Assembly (NCBI GenBank): GCA_964016885.1 | Contig: OZ024740.1 | Span: 160,642,001-160,706,000 of the forward strand | DNA: 64,000 nt | Direction of reading: 5' to 3' | Origin: Eledone cirrhosa | Lineage: Eukaryota | Part shown: one piece after another, positions 14,723 through 26,811 of the stretch | How the letters are laid out: every line of letters starts with the position of its first letter | Numbering within the stretch: the first letter of the stretch is position 1 | Made by a program: the position numbers and the translations under genes | The notes under the pieces: generated by a model | Seen by the model: the letters and a program-made list of their open reading frames with translations, nothing else | What the model was told of the DNA's origin: nothing | The model's database searches: none

Positions 14723-15085
14723 ATAATAATAAAGACTAAAATCCAAAGAAGGCTCGATAAGGATAAATATATATCAAATATATAAGAACCGTAGAGCAAA
14801 TATTTATTAAAATAACAGATTAAAGTTTAAGCAAAGAATCGCTGCTTTCACCCTTAACGGGATCTTCTGAAACCAAAAAAAAAAACAATCTGTGAAGGCA
14901 GAAGTAAATATTTCGAAAAACGTTGCAACTGAAGGAAGACAGGAAGACAACACCTTGGTTCGTACAAACGTTCCCTGGCAAAGAACGAAAAAAAAACCCC
15001 AAAAAACCCGAAGATAATACGTCATTATTTAGAGCGATGAAAACAATTACACGCAAAGACAAAAGCACTTTTATGGTATAAATGA
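14720..15085 (-). repeat. Unclassified interspersed repeat, copy 2 (longer), between (TA)n tracts
   Basis: 14720-14922 matches 6694-6898. Confidence 0.8.
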
Positions 15086-15112
15086 AGTCATACGTATATG
15101 TGTGTATGTATA

Positions 15113-15187
<75 letters not shown>

Positions 15188-15324
15188 GTGTGTGTGTGTG
15201 TGTAAATGATTGGAGGCCATATTCAGTTGATTCAGGTTTATTTAAAACTCGGTTGTACATACTTCACTGAGGATTAACAGTTATGATACCCTGAGCTCTT
15301 CAGAAGGCAAAACCTATATATATA

Positions 15325-15729
15325 TCATCATCATCATCACCGTTTTACGTCCGTTCTTTCACGCTAGCAGGGGTTAGATGGGTTGTCCTGTTGTGGACAG
15401 TGTCCGGTCGGTTTACCTGGTCTTGCTCATACGGGAACTGATTCTGGCTTGATTTCTACAGCTGGATGCCCTTCCTAATACCAACCTCATTTACAGTGAG
15501 TGCTGGGTGCTTTTTTTCCGTGGTGCCTACACGTCTACTTTACAGTGTGGGCTGGTGCTTTTTTGCCGTGGCATCTCCACGACCACTTTGCAGTGGAATG
15601 TCTTATCATCTCATTTCTACAGCTGAGTAAACTGGAGCAATTTGAAATAAAGTATCTTGCTCAAGGAAACAACACATCACCCGGTCTGAGAATTGAACTC
15701 ACAACCTTTCGATTGCAAGCCCAATGCTC
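15325..15729 (-). mobile_element. SINE family 1, tail type B, head slightly truncated
   Basis: Reverse complement of the family 1 head and body with the tail of the RTE at 41340-41636 and (GAT)n. Confidence 0.85.
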
Positions 15730-15732
15730 CCT

Positions 15733-16597
15733 GTAAAATATACCAATCCCATCTAACAGGACTTATTTGAAGCTCCTTCTTCAAAAGGTTGAAGATGTGG
15801 TTAAATGATTGAGATGGCAGGTACTGACCTTAAATGGGAAACTATCAAGTACAACCAATATTTTCAACATGAAGTCTAGAAATTACCCACCTTAGGTAAA
15901 CGTCCTTGCTCCCTTTGAAGCTGATCTCATTAATCTAGTTGCTAACATATCTTTCCACAAACACTCCAATTCCTTTCAGAATGAACTAGGTAGAGACTTA
16001 AAAACCTTCAGATCCTCTGATAAAACTAACAATCTTTATGAACTTGATCACTCTACCTACAACCAACATCTAAACAAGACCTTACAGTTTAAATATAAAA
16101 AAAAACTGACCATGCCCTCAATGATGAAATGAAGCATATAGATACCACCCTGAAAGTAAGAATGCTTAGATAAGAGAGAGGTTTATATTGCACTTAAGGA
16201 TCCAAAAGATGACTTCACTAATAAACCAATTTACAGACTCATAAACCCTGCCAAAACTGCACTAGGAATTTTAAGGCAGCTCATACTTAAAAATATTAAC
16301 AAAATCATTAGACACAATAGTCAGAAAATAGTCAAGTAGTTACAGATTTGTTTAACGTCCTCAAGCATTCTAATAATGTTAAATTTACACAGTTCGATAT
16401 AGTTGACATTCATCCTTTGATCTCCAGGACTTTACATGATAAGACCTTCGATTTCGTTAGCAATTTCACAAATATATACAATTTAGACAAGTTAGTAATA
16501 TCCCACTATAGAAAATCCTCCTTTTTAATAATGATGATCCTTGAATAAAGACATCCACTACCAATTACCTATTCCATGTGCTGATGGGACCATTCGA
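15733..16597 (+). mobile_element. Penelope-like element RT fragment, decayed
   Basis: Frameshifted peptides KNIPIPSNRTYLKLLLQKVEDVVK*LRW, PFEADLINLVANISF, SDKTNNLYEL, ALKDPKDDFTNKPIYRLINPAKTALG and KFTQFDIVDIHPLIS, typical of PLE RT N-terminal and motif A regions. Confidence 0.8.
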
Positions 16598-17424
16598 CAT
16601 ATATATATATATATTTACATCATAGAAGGTTATTTGTCACTAATATACTGAACATCTCAATGAAAAGATAGATAAAACATATTTAAAACAGAGAAGCATA
16701 TAAATATATAATAACTTATGCAAAGTTACAGACAGGTAGAGTACTAGTAAAGTCACCTAATACAAGAAAGTTTCACTCACATCTATTCCTGCAGTTTCTG
16801 GAAGCAAGAAATAATATTGACCATCTTAATAAATTAAGTGCTAGTGAAGAAATATTCTGATTATTTCTTCATTGAGATGTTCAGTGACAAATAACTTTCG
16901 TAATTGTTGAGTTGATAGGCAGGTTTTATGGGTGCTATTTCTAGCATCAATATGTACTTGTCATATTGTCCTTGATATACAGATATTTACTTAGTTGATC
17001 GACAGAATTGTGGTAAAATGTATGTATCCTATTTGGATTGTTCATTGACATAGACGTGAGGGAAGGTCCCTCGTCTATTTACCATTTTTGTGTTTGTGAG
17101 AATTATAACAAAGTGAGTGGTTGTGTGCGCAAACAAGCCAATAACCACAACGAGAGTTATATTCAGCAATTGTAAATAATGGTGATGTTTATTTATATTA
17201 CAAATGGAACGTACCAAATGTTGACGTGGTCAGTTGTGGTGAAAGGAACGTATTACCATTACAAAAGTATTGTGGGGTTTGTTGTTTGCTGTTCCCTTGG
17301 CTGCTTTCTCTGGCGTGTGTTCAGTCTGCTTTCTAGTGGCTGTCTGTTTACTTCTCGTGTTCTCAACCAGCGGGGGATAACTAGGGTTGTTCTATTATCC
17401 TGGCAGGGGGCGTGAGGCGTCTTA

Positions 17425-20400
17425 CTACAGAATAATTAAAATAAGACTTGTCCTCAATAGAACTACTGTGACAATAATATCTGCGTGTGCACCCCAACCG
17501 GACTGCCTGGCATTATAAAAGACAGATTCTATGAGTCGTTAATGCTCACTACCCCCCAAATAACCGACAGTGACGATATAATTATTGCTGGTGACCTAAA
17601 TGGTCACGTTGGACAACACTGTGACGGCTATGATGGAATCCATGGAGGCTATGGGTTTGGTACTAGAAATGAGGAAGGCACCAGAATACTGGAATTCTGT
17701 GACGCAAATAATCTAACTATCTGTATCACAAACTTCAAAAAACGAGACAATCACTTGATCACCTATAAATCAGGAGAACACGCCAGTCAGATAGATTATA
17801 TCCTTACCAGAAGACGAGACAGAGTGTCTGTTGTAAACACTAAATCCCTCCCTCATGAAGAATGCACCTCCCAACATAGCCTCATAGTTAGCAACCTCAT
17901 AGTCAGGATGAGACGTATTCGACAACAGAGGAGGACTATCCTTAGGAGAAAAATATGAAAGTTAAAGGACCCCACAGCCAGTAATAAATTTAAAAGCATA
18001 TTACTTGATGCTTTTGACAGTAAGGAAGAGCAATTAGAGTCGGACAATATAGAGGAACAGTGGGAATTCCTGAAAGCTAACCTGCTGAAGGCGACAGATG
18101 AAATCTGTGGCTGGAGCAGACCTATAGGCAGGAGGAGAGTAACTTGGTGGTGGAACAGTAAGGTGGAAGAGTCGATCAAGGCCAAAAAGCAGGCTTGGAA
18201 AGTATGGCGGGATGGGGGAAGTAGAGAAGGCTATCAAGTGGTCAGGAGGGAAGCTAGGAGACATGTGTACTTCGCAGAGGAAAGAAAGTTCAAGCATGTT
18301 CTACAACGTGAGGACCAAAAAGGTGAGGTGTTCAGGATTGATAGACAATGTGTCAAGGAGAACCGGGGGGAAGTGTGTCCGTAATGATGATGGTGTACTT
18401 GCCATCACTGACGCTGATAAGAAGGTAACTTGGAAGTGTCACTACGAAAGGCTACTACATGAGGAGAATAAATGGGAGAAAGACAGCCTCCCCCACATCG
18501 ATCCAATAGTGCAAGTTGAAGGTAGTATAATAAGTAAGGCAATCAAAGATATGAAGGCGGGCAAGGCGGCTGGGCCTTCGGAAATAGTTGCTGAAATGCT
18601 GAAAGCATCTGGAACGGTGGGACACACTATGGTCACCCGGATAGTAAACCAAGTTATACAGAATGGGGTCGTACCAAAGGACTGGCGTAGCAGCATCATC
18701 ATTAACTGCTACAAGGGTAAAGGAGACGCCCTAGAAAGGGGAAACTATAGAGGCATTAAATTAATTGACCAGGTCACAGAAAAATTAATAGCGCAACTAA
18801 TCAGAGAGCGAATTCATCTAAATGAAATGCAGTTTGGGTTTGTGTCAGGTAAAAGTACTACAGATGCCCTTTTCATTGTACGACAACTACAGGAGAAGTA
18901 CCTAGCTAAAGTAAACCCCTCTACTTAGCTTTTGTAGACATGGAGAAAGCCTTTGACAGAGTCCTCCGCTCCATTATCTGGTGGGATCTTAGAAAACTAG
19001 GTGTAGATGAATGGCTTGAGAGAGCTATACAAGCCATGTATAAAGAAACAGTCAGCAGAGTTAGAATAAACAACGAATATAGTGAAGAGTTTAGCGTAAA
19101 AGTTGGTGTTCATCAGGGCTCCGTCCTTAGCCCCCTCCTATTTATTATCGCCCTCCAAGCTATAACAGAGGAGTTCAAGACTGGCTGCCCATGAGAACTT
19201 CTATACGCCGATGATCTAACGCTCATAGCCAAATCAATGGCTGAACTAGAGAAGAAATTCCAAACATGGAAGCATGGCCTAGAATCAAAAGGCCTTAAAG
19301 TTAACTTGTCTAAGACTAAAGTCCTAATATGTAGGAAGGACAATAGGGCACTGGTCCAATCTGGGAAATGGCCATGCTCAGTGTATAGGAAAGGAGTAAG
19401 CAGAAACTCCATTTTATGTCCCAAATGCAAAGTATGGGTGCATAAAAGATGTAGTGGGATCACAGGTAAGCTAACTAAGAATATAGATTTTATATGTGGC
19501 CGGTGCTCTGGTGCAATAAGTAGCAGCAAATGCCCACAGAATACTAGTTCACTCTATTGCCCAGATGGTTCTATAGAAATAGTGGACACCTTCCGTTATC
19601 TGGGTGACAAAATCAGCATTGGTGGTGGGTGCACCGAAAGTACTGTAGTTAGAGTCCGAACGGGATAGAAACAGTTCAGAGAGCTTATACCACTATCTCT
19701 CTAAAAATAAAAGGCAGACTGTATGATGCCTGCATACGAACAGCGATGTTACATGGCAGTGAGACATGGGCCTTGTGTTCAGAGGATCTACGCAGACTGG
19801 AGAGGAACGAAGCTTGCATGCTCCGTTGGATGTGTAATAGTAATATATGCGAACGGCAAAGCATAAATGAACTAAGTGAGAAATTAGGAATAAGAGGGAT
19901 CAGATGCTGTTTACTCGAGAGAAGACTACGTTAGTATGGTCACGTGATGCGCACAAAAGATGACAGCTATATAAAAAAGTGCAGGGCGATCAAAATAGAC
20001 GGTAGCTACAGAGTAGGCAGATCCAGAAAAACCTGGGACGAGTTGATAAAATCCGACCTCACACACTTAAACTTCTCCAAGATAATGTCACTGAACCGAG
20101 ATCTTTGGCGCTACGTAGTAATACAGAAGACCCGCCTTGCCTAAGTACAAAGCGAAACCTACAGTAAGTAGGCCCCTCTTAACCAAAATACACCCCCGTC
20201 CCACTAACCCTACCCCCACCGCCATCTACACCACACCTTTCGACGTAAAGCTATGTTGGTACCACAACATCCAGTCCTAAATATATGAGGTCGTGTAGGT
20301 GTCACAACAAAAAAACACACAGTCCACGCTGTAATGTGGCCATGTAGGTAACACGGTAAAAACCTCCCAGTCCACACTGTAAACGTGGTTGGTGTTAGGA

Positions 20401-20547
20401 AGGGCATCCAGCCGTAGAAAACCTGCCACAAAGTCCTATATAAGCGAGACATGGTGACCCGACCAATCTTGCCTCAAGTAGGACAATTCCCATCTAAACC
20501 CATGTTAGCATTGAAGATAGACGTTAAACGATGATGATGATGATGAT
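17425..20547 (+). mobile_element. RTE-clade LINE, 5' truncated within the APE domain, multiple frameshifts and stops, complete 3' UTR
   Basis: APE motifs IIAGDLNGHVG and SQIDYIL; RT motifs NYRGIKL, EKAFDRV, HQGSVLSPLLF and LYADD; PHD-like Cys cluster; (GAT)n tail. Confidence 0.95.
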
Positions 20548-20813
20548 ATATATATATAGCCGGATTTGGGTCGGGATTTTACATTTTCTTCATATATATT
20601 CTGCTCTCGATTTTACCTCTTTCGTATACCTACACTAAATTTGCTGCATCATATACTATTCTGATTTGTGGTATTCCTGTTGGTTGCACTGCAAACAGTC
20701 CCTGTGTATATATATAGACTCCAGATTAACAAAACTCATAGCCTTAAAAAAATGAATATTAAAACCCTACTTTGGTTTTGAGTACTTATTTCTCGCTGCC
20801 ATCAACCACATGC

Positions 20814-20894
<81 letters not shown>

Positions 20895-20998
20895 GATAAA
20901 TATACCAAAATATACGATATATATATATGGTTGACAGCAGGGACAAATAAGTACTCAGTACCAGAGTAGAGTTTTAATATTCAGGATCAGGATCAGGA

Positions 20999-21323
20999 TT
21001 ATTTTACATCCACTTTTCCCTGCTTGCAAGGGTGAGACGGGAACTGATTCTGGCTTGATTTCTACAGCTGGATGCCCTTCCTAACACCAACCTCGTTTGC
21101 AGTGAGTGCTGGGTGCTTTTTTGCCGTGGCACCTCCACGACCACTTTGCAGTGGAATGATATGGACCCTTGTTCCTATCATCTCATTTCTACAGCTGAGT
21201 AAACTGGAGCAATGTGAAATAAAGTGTCTTGCAGGAAACAACACATCACCTGGTCTGAGAATTGAACTCACAACCTTTCGATTGCAAGGTCAATGCTCTA
21301 ACCACTAAGCCATGTGCTTCCAT
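20999..21323 (-). mobile_element. SINE family 1, full length, tail type A
   Basis: Reverse complement of the 13836-14180 copy. Confidence 0.88.
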
Positions 21324-21337
21324 ACACATATATATAC

Positions 21338-21892
21338 TGGGACAAGGTGATGAAAGTGGACCTTGCCCAATTGCACCTCTCAACGGCGATGACACAGGAC
21401 CGTGATCTCTGGCGTCACGCAGTAATACAGAAGACCCGACTTCCCACGGGAACAAGCTGAAGTATATAAACAATATGCCCCCATCCCCTCCAACTGCAAA
21501 GTGGTCGTGGAGATGTCACAGCAAAAAAGCACATAGCCCACACTGTAAAGTGGACATGTAGACGCCATGGAAAAAAAGCATCCAGCACTCACTGTAAATG
21601 AGGTTGGTGTTAGGAAGGGCATCCCGCTGTAGAAATGTGATGATAGGGACTGGGTTCCCTATCATTCCACTGCAAACTGGATGTGTAGGCGCCACAGCAA
21701 AAAAGCACCCAGCACTCAATGTAAATGAGGTTGGTGTTAGGAAGGGCATCCAACTGTAGAAATCAAGCTATAATCAGTTCCCGTATGAGCAAGACAAGGT
21801 CAGCCGACCTAACATTGCCCACAACAGGACAATCTGTCTAACCTATGCTACTGTGGATGAATCAACGTAAAACGGTGATGATGATGATGATA
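21338..21892 (+). mobile_element. RTE LINE 3' end (same subfamily as 37820-41636) with an internal SINE-derived duplication
   Basis: Matches 41210-41636 but has an extra SINE body segment after GCTGTAGAAAT at about 21626-21760. Confidence 0.85.
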
Positions 21893-22021
21893 TATATATA
21901 TAGGTAAAATGATGTAAGAAAATTGGAAAGTTAGCAAATGAACTTACAGGAAGTTGGAAAGAAGTGAATCCTTTAGTCTATAGGTACAATAGCAAAGATT
22001 TGGTACCATAAAGACATCAGA

Positions 22022-22053
<32 letters not shown>

Positions 22054-22089
22054 GAAAGACGTAAAATAAGAAAATTATGATATATATAT

Positions 22090-22444
22090 ATCATCATTTT
22101 ACGTCCGCTTTTCCTGCTTGCAAGGGTGGGACGGGAACTGATTCTGGCTTGATTTCTACAGCTGGATGCCCTTCCTAACACCAACCTCATTTACAGTGCT
22201 TTTTTTTCCGTGGCACCTACACATCAATTTTACAGTGTGGACTGGGTGCTTTTTTGCCATGGCACCTCCACGACCACTTTGCAGTGGAATGATATGGACC
22301 CCAGTCCTATCATCTCATTTCTACAGCTGAGTAAACTGGAGCAATGTGAAATAAAGTGTCTTGCTCAAGAAAACAACACATCACCCGGTCTGAGAATTGA
22401 ACTCACAACCTTTCGATTGCAAGCCCAATGCTCTAACCACTAAC
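22090..22444 (-). mobile_element. SINE family 1, tail type A
   Basis: Reverse complement of the family 1 sequence, ending inside the A box. Confidence 0.87.
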
Positions 22445-22497
22445 CTATATATATATGTGGGTGTTTGTATCTCTCTCTCTCTCTCTCTTTCTCTATG

Positions 22498-22544
<47 letters not shown>

Positions 22545-22551
<7 letters not shown>

Positions 22552-23660
22552 ATGTTGAAAAGGAAACACACTAGAGAGAGATACAGTGTGCCATCAATAA
22601 AACAGGGAAAAAACCACCAGTGTATGGAATCTATAACCTATGAAAGGCAGAGTATAGACACGATAATTAAAAATATAAATTAAAGCGTAAATACCTCTAT
22701 AACTATATAACAAACGTACAAATCCAAAGTGATCTGTTTCGCCAGTAAGTTGTTGACAGAAATGAAATAACTGTTTCTACTTTTGGCACAAGGCCAGTAA
22801 TTAACCAGTACATTACTGGTACTTTATTTTATCGACCCCGTAAGGATGAAAGGCAGAATTTGAACTCAGAATGGCAAAGGCCGTAACTCTATGCGTCAAA
22901 GCATGGCGTCCGACGCCTCTACCGAAATTGCCAATCCACTACAGATCTTACACTTTACACTGAAGTCTGTTTCCAAATTTAAAGAACACCAGACAGTGGT
23001 ATTGAATGCTATAAGTTCCGTCTAAATTAGGGAAATGACTGAATTGAACAACTTTGAGAAAAGCTCGAACAGTGGAATGAAATAACCCAGGTTCATCAGC
23101 GTGTGTGAGGCTTTACATTTCAGACAACACTAAGAGAATTTTTCGAATATTTCGCTCCTTATAACAGTCTTTCCTCTCTCTCTGTTTGGTTGAGCACACT
23201 TCTCTGAGTGGTTTTGGGCTGCGCTTTCTAACAGCTAGTCCCTCAGAGGCCACTGGTTCACTGCCCTTAAACACACTGTGACTTCTCTCTCCCACGTGTA
23301 CTTGGACGGATGCTTTAAAAATTCTCTTAGTGTTGTCTGAAATGTATAGCCTTACACACGCTGATGAACCTGGGTTATTTCATTTCTGTCAACAACTTAC
23401 TGGCGAAACAGATCTCTTTGGATTTGTACGTGTGTTATATAGTTATATTTTTAATTATCGTGTCTATATTCTGCCTTTCATAGGTTATATATTCCATACA
23501 CTAAAAGTTTTTCCCTATTTTATTGATGGCGCACTGTATCTCTCTCTAGTGTGTTAACTTTTCAACATATTGTATTTTAAAGTGCTCAGGATTTCCTCTC
23601 CTTTGAGCACATTATTTACAGGGAATGGCGAGAGTCTATGGCTCCATTAATGTATCGTGA
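22545..23660. repeat. Long inverted repeat between (TA)n tracts; probable PLE pseudo-LTR pair, left arm interrupted
   Basis: 22545-22771 plus 23076-23143 are the reverse complement of 23317-23575. CTGATGA (23361-67) and GAAAC (23405-09) are present. Confidence 0.8.
22772..22941 (-). mobile_element. SINE family 2 copy inside the inverted repeat
   Basis: Same family as 13553-13737. Confidence 0.85.
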
Positions 23661-23857
23661 TATATATATATATCAGATTAGAGCAAACATCACGGGCGCT
23701 CTATCTCAAAATTATTTTGAAAAGCATTAGAAATGCGCAACCGGTAAAACTTAAAACCAAAACTGAATACTAACCTATACTATTACTAATTTTCACTTAT
23801 TCCTAATTAAACTATTTTTCACTGTCAACAATTTGTCAGCATTTTCTTTTCCATTTA

Positions 23858-23893
<36 letters not shown>

Positions 23894-24035
23894 TCACAAA
23901 TTTAAATTTTGAAGACCAATACAATGCGTATGAAGAAAGTTAAATTGCCAAGATAACAAAAGAATCTAACCTCAGCAAATTTAACGATCACAAATATTTT
24001 CGGGTTTAAATATATATACATGTATATATATATTT

Positions 24036-24185
24036 ATATCATCATCGTTTAACGTTATACGCTAGCATGGGCTGGACAGAAATTGTCCCACTTGAGGCAA
24101 GATTGGTCGGGTCACCGTGTCTCACTCATATAAGACTATCTAGCAGGTTTTCTACAGCTGGATCCTCTTCCTAACACCAACCACA

Positions 24186-24224
<39 letters not shown>

Positions 24225-24268
24225 CATCATCATCATCGTTAAACATCTATCTTCCATGCTAGCATGTA
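24036..24268 (-). mobile_element. Orphan RTE/SINE 3' tail fragments
   Basis: Reverse complement of the 20390-20547 3' UTR with an (ATC)n tail; second short tail at about 24223-24268. Confidence 0.75.
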
Positions 24269-24329
24269 TATATACGAAATATTTATACATATTGTATAAA
24301 GCTATGCTTGAAGCGAAATCCTATTTCTT

Positions 24330-24365
<36 letters not shown>

Positions 24366-24375
24366 AAGAAATAGG

Positions 24376-24379
<4 letters not shown>

Positions 24380-24464
<85 letters not shown>

Positions 24465-24471
24465 GAGAGAG
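24380..24471. repeat. Compound (TA)n(GA)n microsatellite
   Basis: Directly visible. Confidence 0.97.
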
Positions 24472-24689
24472 GTATGTGAGTGTTTAACATTAACATACTC
24501 TTCTATTACATTACTGAATCCATTCATCCATGATAATCTGTGCTGCAATTTACAAATGCTCTACTAGACATAGAACAGTTCAGTCTGATGTAATCAATGA
24601 AAAGCAGATTTTAGATAAAAGGATAACATCATTGATGTTGGTAAGAGTATAATTATGATTTCTTTTTCTTTGAGGTGGCGTTAACAGTG

Positions 24690-25030
24690 GTAGTAATTGC
24701 TATAGTGGTGATGGGGGTTTCTGGATATCATGTCGGTGATGATGGTGGTGGGGATAGCTGTAGCAATTAATGCGATGATGATAATGAATATGATGATTCT
24801 TTTGATGGTATTCCATGTGATGGTAATTGTGGTGATAATATTAGCAATGGATATGATGATATTGACAGCAATGATGATGAGAATGGTGAGGAGTAGGAAG
24901 ATGATTTTATGGATAGATTTTAGTAGTGGTGTAGATAAAGAGGGTGATAATTATGATGGGGGTAATAATGATGATTGGAGTAATAGTGTTGATCTTGTTC
25001 ATGATGATGATGATAAATACAATCATGAAT
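24690..25030. repeat. Degenerate (GAT/GGT/AAT)n low-complexity tract
   Basis: Directly visible trinucleotide periodicity. Confidence 0.8.
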
Positions 25031-26811
25031 GCAAAATGCTGACTTATCTAAAATAACTTTCTCACGTGAGAAAATACTGTATCATCTGTAACTAGATGAC
25101 GTTGGAATATAATGTTTTTCACACCCTCTTTTACAATGTGTTACTCCTTATCCTTTTTTATATATATAATTACAGCTATTAAAGAGAAAATTTGATTTCT
25201 AATTTCTCCTTTTATTTATAATTTTGTTTGAAGTTTCTGGAAAAAATTGTAAGGAAACACAAGCCATAAAACTGGGTAGGCTTAAATAATAACAGATAAT
25301 TTTAAATATTTTCATTTTCATTTTAACATGTATTCAATTTAATCGAAGCAATTAATCAAATAATTTTCTTGTATCATTTTCGACACATTAGTTAAATTTA
25401 GCTATCTTGTTGAATTTAATAGTGTGATATAGTTTGACATCTATTATCTGAATGAGATTGGTGATGAGTATTGTGTTTAAGTAATTATTACTCAGATAAC
25501 TAATTTAATTTTATACAAAACAGTCATACACAATGGTAAAAAAAATGCATTTTTACATAGTTTTTAAATTATGCAATCAATAAAAATGCTGTATTCTTGT
25601 GCAAACATTTCACTACAATTCAGACACTGTAAAATGTTCTTGTCTTCTTGGCCCACATGGACATAGCTCTCTTAGAAATATTAGATCCACCCATACAAAG
25701 AAAGCAATGCACTGGATCAACTATATAAACAACTTCAGCATACAAGTATATTGATTAGTCTTGTCCACTAAGTTTCACTGAGAAGGTATATGTCAGCCTG
25801 AGGCTATAGTAGAAGATATTTTCCTAAGATACCACCTACTGGGACCACAACACAAGCCATATATGTATGTAAATAAGCAGATACAAACTAAATAAGCCCT
25901 AAATCACACCAAACAGTAGTCATTCATAAATATTCTTTAAAAAATAAATAAAAAACAATATATAAATTATTATAATGACATGAGACAAAGTGACACTGTA
26001 AAATGATATGTTGAACTGGAAATGAAAACATATTTTATTTGGCATGTCTCAGTATTATAATATTAGGAACAATTCCAATACAAATTTAACTTTAGAAAAT
26101 AATAGATAATTATATACATATACTATATGTATATTCAAACATTCTTCGCTTCATATATATAATTTCTTCTATACTTGCATAGGACATTAACTAACGAAAA
26201 ATCTACAAAATATTCAAAATCTTTTTTTTATAAATAATTGAATAAACTTTATAAAAAAAATGTTTAACAACCTCTGCTGTAACCAATTCCTGAAAAAAAG
26301 CACAGATAAATTTATAAACTTGCATGTTTGAAAAAAACTGCCTGGCCAAAAGCTCCATACATTGAATCCACTCATGTTCTTGATAGTTGTCATATGGTAT
26401 TAATTATTGGTATTTTGTGGGATTTTGTGGGATAAAGCACCAATAATGGAGATAGTAACTAGTAATCTCCAGTTTCTCTGCAAATGGATGCAATATTCTA
26501 GCCACATTGAAATGTTCATAGAGATGTATGAATAATAGATAATAATTTCCTCTCCTTGGCTTTCTTGAAATTTTGAATATTTATATATTTGGAATGTACT
26601 GAGTGATTGGCAGATATTTGGTATCACCTGTTTGGCTGATTAATCAGCTTGGATATTTGGCCATTATTGATATTTTCAAAAATAATTATTGACTGATATG
26701 TATGCTGGAACAAGATACCAAGTGTGACAGACAAATTTGGAAAGACATAGGATTTAACATATAGAAATACATAAGAAACATATGCTATTTCTTAGGACAT
26801 ACAATCTAAGC

